Origin: Hyperthermus butylicus DSM 5456
GTDB taxonomy: Archaea > Thermoproteota > Thermoprotei_A > Sulfolobales > Pyrodictiaceae
Length of the DNA: 32,000 nucleotides
Assembly (NCBI RefSeq): GCF_000015145.1
Contig: NC_008818.1
Span: 870,001-902,000, forward strand
Direction: 5' to 3'
In this document: piece after piece, positions 26,600 through 32,000 of the stretch
Layout of the letters: each line of letters opens with the position of its first letter
Numbering within the stretch: position 1 is the stretch's first letter
Made by a program: the position numbers and the translations under genes
The notes under the pieces: generated by a model
Told to the model about the DNA's origin: nothing
The model's database searches: none
The model's input: the letters and a program-made list of their open reading frames with translations, nothing else

Positions 26600-27637
26600 T
26601 GCGATAACGCCACCTAGCGCCTTAACCTTATACCCCACGGGTGACTCAACGCTGACAAAGTGTATTTTTGCACGTGTAGCGTCTGCAAGTCTTAGCAGTT
26701 CGTCAACCCTAGCCCTAACCTCGGGATCAGGATGATGTAACGTCTCGTCAAGAATTAGCAGCTCTTCTACTGCGCCCATCTCGGCAGCCCTGTAAACCTG
26801 TTCCAACGTGTAAGCAATCCTTCCCGGCTCCTTTGCCAGCCTCCTCTCAAACTCCTCGAGTATCCTCTCAGCCTCAACAACAGCGGCATCCTGGAGCGCT
26901 TGTCTCATAATGCCACGTCTAACCTCCTCAAACACACCTGCCTCGCCGCCCATAGAAACATTGTCAACGAGTATCTTTACGCCTTGCACTAGTCCCCGCA
27001 GCTTTTCTGCGACAAGGTTCTTGACTGTGCCAGGCCCTGCCGCCACCACCAGGAGGGCATTCTCTCTTCTAGCAACATCAGCTGTAGTCTTGGCAATTAC
27101 TGTTACTGCTTCGCGGAGCTTATCCTCCCTCGTAGGATCATCTTTCCCTGGGAGATGTAAACCGCCACTAGCAAGTATCTTGACCCCTTGTCCCCGCACA
27201 ACGGCAACAGCATAGTCGTCATAGTCTACCGCTACGACTACAGCCGCCACGTTGTAGGAGCCTCGCTTGAGCTTCTCTATGAGGACTTGAGGCCAACCAC
27301 TAGGCTTTACTATGTCTAACTCACGGCCAGGCTCGATACTAAGTGTATGGTACTTACCCACTACGCCATACTTTTCCGGGCCCTCAATGACTATGCCGCG
27401 GATACGCAGCCTCGTCGTAAAGGCCTGGAACTCTACAGCCTCTACTCGCACGGTGAGAACCATTGGTATGCGGCTACTTCTACCGGATCCGCGATCCCCG
27501 AAATGTATCTCGCGCAGTGTCTTCGCGCGGACAAGATCACCTGGCTGTATAACTGTTGATAGTAGCCAGATGTCATCGGTGGTCTCTGGTACAACTCTTA
27601 CAAGGCCTCGCTTAGTGTCGACCGCTAGGATTTTCAT
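26555..27637 (-). CDS. pelA: mRNA surveillance protein pelota (Dom34)
   Basis: 360 aa; VRVVPETTDDIWLLSTVIQPGDLVRAKTLREI, KILVDNVSMGGEAGVFEEVRRG, AAEMGAVEELLILDETL. Confidence 0.96.
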   Translation of the reverse strand: MKILAVDTKRGLVRVVPETTDDIWLLSTVIQPGDLVRAKTLREIHFGDRGSGRSSRIPMVLTVRVEAVEFQAFTTRLRIRGIVIEGPEKYGVVGKYHTLSIEPGRELDIVKPSGWPQVLIEKLKRGSYNVAAVVVAVDYDDYAVAVVRGQGVKILASGGLHLPGKDDPTREDKLREAVTVIAKTTADVARRENALLVVAAGPGTVKNLVAEKLRGLVQGVKILVDNVSMGGEAGVFEEVRRGIMRQALQDAAVVEAERILEEFERRLAKEPGRIAYTLEQVYRAAEMGAVEELLILDETLHHPDPEVRARVDELLRLADATRAKIHFVSVESPVGYKVKALGGVIALLRYAINFAGETGG

Positions 27638-27659
27638 AATGCACCCTCTACCACACGGT

Positions 27660-28154
27660 ATGGGGTATGGGGTAAATTACTCCTTGAACTGCTGCGTAAA
27701 AGTACGTCCAGTGGAGCGTCGTGAGCTGGGGCAAGTCTATGCGATAGAGCGTGAGTCGTTTGACCAGCCATATAGCTTGTGGTACCTTGAACTCCTTCTA
27801 TCCCTTAGTGGCGGTGAGTACTTCCTAGTGTCAGTAGCCAACGATGATAGTATCACGGGCTATATTGTGGCAGTGCCTATCGGTGAAAATGTTTGTCATA
27901 TAGCCTCTATAGCTGTTAAAAAGGCGTGCAGAAGGCAACGTGTTGCTACATGCTTACTACAGAGCCTCTTCGAACTATGTATTGAAGATGGTAGAAGGAT
28001 ATTCGTATTAGAAGTTGAGCATACGAATATGCCAGCTCTACGCCTCTACCGCACGAATTGCTTCCATCCTCTACGCGTAATACCGAACTACTATGGTCCT
28101 GGGAGGCATGCCCTTGTAATGCTGCGCTATGAGGCGTATAGCTTGGCTCTCTAA
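27660..28154 (+). CDS. rimI: GNAT N-acetyltransferase (RimI/Ard1-like)
   Basis: The long ORF 27312-28154 has non-native N-terminal sequence antisense to pelA; real coding starts near 27660 or 27639. YIVAVPIGENVCHIASIAVKKACRRQRVATCLLQSL...VLEVEHTNMPALRLYRTNCFHPLRVIPNYYGPGRHALVML. Confidence 0.9.
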   Translation: MGYGVNYSLNCCVKVRPVERRELGQVYAIERESFDQPYSLWYLELLLSLSGGEYFLVSVANDDSITGYIVAVPIGENVCHIASIAVKKACRRQRVATCLLQSLFELCIEDGRRIFVLEVEHTNMPALRLYRTNCFHPLRVIPNYYGPGRHALVMLRYEAYSLAL

Positions 28155-28172
28155 GGGTTATTAGCGAAGTAG

Positions 28173-30617
28173 GTGTACAGTATTACCGGGGACGCTATAG
28201 CCTTGGCCGAGGAGATAGAGTTTGTACTCCTAGATTCTAGCTACGAAATAGTCGGAAAGGAACCAGTAATCGTTCTTTGGGGTGTGACGCTTAGCGGTGA
28301 GCGTGTGGTTCTCCTGGATCGCAGGTTCCGACCCTACTTCTACGCGCTCATAAAGCGTGGTTTTGAAGAAAATGCAACAGCAATAGCAGCTGCTATAAGG
28401 AGGCTTAGCAAGGGTTCAAGCCCAATAATAGCTTTAGAGGTTGTAGACAAGAAGTATTTTGGTAGGCCGCGCAAGGCTGTCCGAGTAACGACTGTGATAC
28501 CCGAGAGTGTCAGAGAGTACCGAGAGGCAGTCAAGAAGATAGATGGTGTAGAGGATGCCCTTGAGGCAGATATAAGGTTTGCAATGAGATACATTATAGA
28601 CAAGAGGCTATACCCTTTCATGGTGTACCGTGTACCAGTAGAGGATGTTGGTAAGAATCCAGGTTACCGTGTAGACAAAGTATTCTACGTTACCGGTGAG
28701 CCCCAGAGGATAACAGATATAACGAGAATAGACATGCCCGATCTAAGGCTAACAGCATTCGACATAGAGGTCTACAACAAGAGTGGGAGCCCAAATCCTA
28801 ATCGAGATCCTGTCATAATAATAGCTGTTAAGAGCAGTAATGGAGACGAGAAGCTCTTTGAAGCAGACGGGTATGATGATAGGAAGGCTATCAGAGGCTT
28901 TGTGGATTACATAAAGTCCTTTGACCCAGACATAATAGTAGGCTATAACAGCAACGGGTTCGACTGGCCATACCTCATGCAGCGAGCACGCAAGGTAGGA
29001 GTTAGGCTGGATGTAACACGTCGTGTTGGTGCAGAGCCGACTACAAGCGTCTATGGTCACGTGTCGGTGCCAGGCAGGCTTAACGTAGACCTCTACCACT
29101 ACGCTGAGGAAATCCATGAGGTTAAGGTTAAGACTCTCGAGGAGGTTGCAGAATATCTTGGAGTAATGAAGAAGAGTGAACGTGTCCTCATACACTGGTG
29201 GGAGATACCGAGGTACTGGGAGGACCCGGAAAAGAGGCCAATACTAGAGCAATATGCGCGAGACGATGTAAGAGCCACCTACGGCTTGGCCGAGAAGATG
29301 CTTCCATTCGCGATACAGCTCTCAACAGTAACCGGTATACCCCTAGACCAGGTTGGAGTAATGGGTGTCGGTTTCCGGCTCGAATGGTATCTCATACGCG
29401 CAGCTTATGAAATGAATGAGCTTGTACCAAACCGTGTCGAAAGGCACGAGGAGAGCTACCGCGGCGCGGTAGTCCTTAAGCCCCTTAAGGGTGTACACGA
29501 AAATGTTGTCGTACTAGACTTTAGTTCGATGTATCCCAACATAATGATAAAATACAATGTTGGCCCTGACACTATAGTAGACGACCCGGCCGAGTGCGAA
29601 AAGTATGGAGGTTGCTACGTTGCACCGGAGGTTGGCCACCGGTTTAGGAAGCAGCCGCCAGGCTTCTTCAAGACGGTCCTGGAAAACCTGCTAAGGCTTA
29701 GGAAGCAGGTTAGAGAGAAAATGAAGGAATTACCGCCAGAGAGTCCAGAGTATAGACTTTATGATGAGAGGCAGAGGGCCCTCAAGGTATTGGCTAACGC
29801 TAGCTACGGCTACATGGGCTGGAGTGGAGCAAGGTGGTATTGTAAACGGTGCGCTGAGGCGGTAACAGCGTGGGGTCGGAGCCTCATACTCTCAGCCATA
29901 GAGTATGCTCGTAAGCTAGGCCTCAAGGTCATATATGGTGATACAGACTCCCTATTCGTAACATATGACCCCGAGAAGGTTAAGAAGCTGATAGACTATG
30001 TGGTGAATGTGTTGGGCTTTGAGATAAAGATAGACAAGATATACCGTCGAGTATTCTTCACAGAGGCGAAGAAGAGGTATGTAGGTCTACTGGAGGACGG
30101 AAGGATAGACATAGTAGGCTTTGAGGCTGTGCGTGGTGATTGGTGTGAGTTAGCCAAGGAGGTTCAGTCAACAGTAGCAGAGATTGTGCTGAAAACAGGC
30201 AAGATTGACGAAGCTATACGCTATATACGCGACGTGATAAAGAAGCTTAGGGAGGGCGAGATACCGGTCGAGAAGCTGATAATATGGAAGACGTTATCCA
30301 AGAGGCTGGAAGAGTACGAACACGAGGCGCCTCATGTAGTTGCTGCGAGGAGGATGAAGGAGGCTGGGTACGATGTCTCACCTGGCGACAAGATAGGCTA
30401 CGTAATAGTACGTGGCGCGGGCAGAATATCGAGCAGAGCATACCCCTACTTCATGGTGAAGCCTTCGGACATAGATGTAGATTACTACATAGACCACCAG
30501 ATAGTACCTGCCGTATTGAGAATCCTCAGCTACTTTGGCGTAACAGAGAAGCAGCTCAAAGCAGCATCAACGGGGCACCGGACGCTGTTCGACTTCATGC
30601 GGGGTAAGCGTGGCTAG
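28173..30617 (+). CDS. polB: Family B DNA polymerase
   Basis: 814 aa; Exo I LTAFDIEVYN, Exo II GYNSNGFDWPYL, Exo III YARDDVRATYGL, motif A VVLDFSSMYPNIMIKYNVGPDT, motif B RQRALKVLANASYGYMG, motif C YGDTDSLF. Confidence 0.97.
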   Translation: MYSITGDAIALAEEIEFVLLDSSYEIVGKEPVIVLWGVTLSGERVVLLDRRFRPYFYALIKRGFEENATAIAAAIRRLSKGSSPIIALEVVDKKYFGRPRKAVRVTTVIPESVREYREAVKKIDGVEDALEADIRFAMRYIIDKRLYPFMVYRVPVEDVGKNPGYRVDKVFYVTGEPQRITDITRIDMPDLRLTAFDIEVYNKSGSPNPNRDPVIIIAVKSSNGDEKLFEADGYDDRKAIRGFVDYIKSFDPDIIVGYNSNGFDWPYLMQRARKVGVRLDVTRRVGAEPTTSVYGHVSVPGRLNVDLYHYAEEIHEVKVKTLEEVAEYLGVMKKSERVLIHWWEIPRYWEDPEKRPILEQYARDDVRATYGLAEKMLPFAIQLSTVTGIPLDQVGVMGVGFRLEWYLIRAAYEMNELVPNRVERHEESYRGAVVLKPLKGVHENVVVLDFSSMYPNIMIKYNVGPDTIVDDPAECEKYGGCYVAPEVGHRFRKQPPGFFKTVLENLLRLRKQVREKMKELPPESPEYRLYDERQRALKVLANASYGYMGWSGARWYCKRCAEAVTAWGRSLILSAIEYARKLGLKVIYGDTDSLFVTYDPEKVKKLIDYVVNVLGFEIKIDKIYRRVFFTEAKKRYVGLLEDGRIDIVGFEAVRGDWCELAKEVQSTVAEIVLKTGKIDEAIRYIRDVIKKLREGEIPVEKLIIWKTLSKRLEEYEHEAPHVVAARRMKEAGYDVSPGDKIGYVIVRGAGRISSRAYPYFMVKPSDIDVDYYIDHQIVPAVLRILSYFGVTEKQLKAASTGHRTLFDFMRGKRG

Positions 30618-30698
30618 CCGTTAGGTAGAATAGGCCGGAAACGCTGGTAGCTCCATACGTATAGGCTGGGAATGAAGCAGTACAGCAGGGTGTAGGCG

Positions 30699-31538
30699 TT
30701 GATACTAGCATCGTGGCGTACACTAGCATGGATTATAAGACGTGCCGACGTAGTGTTAGAGGTTGTGGATGCGAGAGACCCCATTTCAACGCGGAGTAGG
30801 CGACTCGAGAGAATGGTGAATAGCCTCGGCAGGAAACTGATAATAGTCATAAACAAGGCTGACCTAGTGCCCCGTGATGTCGCCGAGAAGTGGAAGAGAA
30901 TATTCGAGGATCAGGGGTACCGGACGGTCTATATCGCGGCTAGGGAGCACAAGGGTACACGCATATTGCGCAAAACAATAAGAGAGGTTGCCGACACGTC
31001 ACCGATAATAGTTGCTGTAACAGGATTCCCAAAGACTGGCAAATCAACAATTATTAATGCTCTCAAGGGGCGACACAGCGCTCCTACAAGCCCTATACCC
31101 GGCAGTCCTGGGTACACCACGCACTCGCAGCTCTACAGGATAGGCGAAAACCTCTACATGATAGACACGCCAGGCGTCATACCTGTTGAGGGTGGGCCCC
31201 TAGAAGCGGTTATACGTGGCAGGCCTCCGGAGGAGCTGAAGGATCCAGTAAAGCCTGCAATGATGCTCCTCGAGAAGGCTCTTCGCTATAACCCTCTCGC
31301 AGTTAAGCAGGCCTATGGGATAGATGAGACAGACCCGTATAGGATACTTGAGTTGATAGCAATAAAGCGTGGTTGGAGATACAAGAGAGACGGTGAACCT
31401 CTAGTAGAGGAAGCGGCACGCACAGTGATAAGAGATTATCACCGTGGAAAACTCCTCTTCTACGTGCCGCCCGAAGAATACCTCCGCGGCAGGCTTAACC
31501 AGCGACTACGCAAAACTACTGGTGGAGAGTGGCTCTAA
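30699..31538 (+). CDS. Circularly permuted YlqF/NOG-type GTPase
   Basis: 279 aa; G4 (VINKADLV) precedes G1 (GFPKTGKSTIINAL) and G3 (DTPG). TTG start. Confidence 0.92.
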   Translation: MILASWRTLAWIIRRADVVLEVVDARDPISTRSRRLERMVNSLGRKLIIVINKADLVPRDVAEKWKRIFEDQGYRTVYIAAREHKGTRILRKTIREVADTSPIIVAVTGFPKTGKSTIINALKGRHSAPTSPIPGSPGYTTHSQLYRIGENLYMIDTPGVIPVEGGPLEAVIRGRPPEELKDPVKPAMMLLEKALRYNPLAVKQAYGIDETDPYRILELIAIKRGWRYKRDGEPLVEEAARTVIRDYHRGKLLFYVPPEEYLRGRLNQRLRKTTGGEWL

Positions 31539-31586
31539 AATTGGTTCCCAACACCTTTCCTTGGATGGCTCACCGAATAGTGCTGG

Positions 31587-32000
31587 GTGCAACTGGTCTT
31601 GCACAGCTACGTAGTCGTAACTGGCCGCCCCGGCGTTGGTAAAACTACGCTCTTCTGGAAGGTTGTACGGAAACTCATGGATGAAGGTGTGGTTGTCAAA
31701 GGATTCTATTGCCCAGAGGTTCGTGGCCAGCAAGGCTACAGGATTGGCTTCAAGATAGTATTGCTGGATGGTAGTGGCGAAGCCTGGCTAGCTAGGAGAG
31801 AGGGTTGCAATGGGCCAAGGGTGGGGAGATATTACACCTGCCCTGAAGCCGAGACCATAGCATCCAGGGTGCTGGGAGAACTAGGCAAGGCAGACCTCAT
31901 AGCTATAGACGAGATTGGCCCCATGGAGCTAAGGCTTGCCGGCGTACGCAGAACAATATATCGCGTCCTTGACAGCGGCAAACCGGGCCTCTTTGTGGTT
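31587..32000 (+). CDS. THEP1-like nucleoside triphosphatase (truncated by window end)
   Basis: Not in the ORF track. Reading from GTG 31587: VQLVLHSYVVVTGRPGVGKTTLFWKVVRKLMDEGVVVKGFYCPEVRGQQGYRIGFKIVLLDG...LIAIDEIGPMELRLAGVRR; Walker A and DEIGPMEL motifs. Confidence 0.92.
   Translation, partial: MQLVLHSYVVVTGRPGVGKTTLFWKVVRKLMDEGVVVKGFYCPEVRGQQGYRIGFKIVLLDGSGEAWLARREGCNGPRVGRYYTCPEAETIASRVLGELGKADLIAIDEIGPMELRLAGVRRTIYRVLDSGKPGLFVV

Noticed and set aside
27312-27659. N-terminal 116 aa of the 280-aa ORF 27312-28154 as part of the acetyltransferase
   Set aside because: This segment is antisense to pelA and has antisense-like composition. GNAT homology starts after about 27660.
1-32000. CRISPR array, transposase/integrase, toxin-antitoxin, or restriction/defence module
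   Set aside because: No regularly spaced direct repeats were seen by eye, and none of the listed ORFs has transposase, recombinase, Cas, PIN/RelE/VapB or restriction-type motifs. The nucleotidyltransferase at 24803 has no adjacent HEPN partner.

Overview
Compact archaeal chromosomal segment. Gene content (Cren7, crenarchaeal-type ValRS, L35Ae, pelota, archaeal DnaG, family-B DNA polymerase, type II MetAP, mevalonate kinase, isolated 5S rRNA) points to a hyperthermophilic crenarchaeon, probably Desulfurococcales/Pyrodictiaceae (inference, not database-checked). The window is mostly housekeeping: ppa (partial), folE, a class-III aminotransferase, rpl35ae, a Nudix protein, mvk, cren7, valS, an HD-domain protein, 5S rRNA, map, a UPF0173 metallo-hydrolase, pheS-pheT-tyrS-dnaG, an M50 site-2 protease, a nucleotidyltransferase/radical-SAM pair, pelA, rimI, polB, a circularly permuted GTPase and a THEP1-like NTPase (partial). 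I saw no CRISPR array, transposon, prophage or defence island. The most interesting items are: (1) a DUF1512-like membrane protein gene split by an apparent +1 frameshift at about 14777; (2) two candidate box C/D sRNAs, one with an unusual 8-bp hairpin between D' and C' (13839-13908) and one just after the valS stop codon (11444-11506); (3) a conserved-looking, uncharacterised nucleotidyltransferase/radical-SAM operon; (4) an unassigned protein following mevalonate kinase; (5) two orphan or low-coding regions (12310-13840 and 8448-8950). No convincing new multi-gene system is evident, and I do not claim one.
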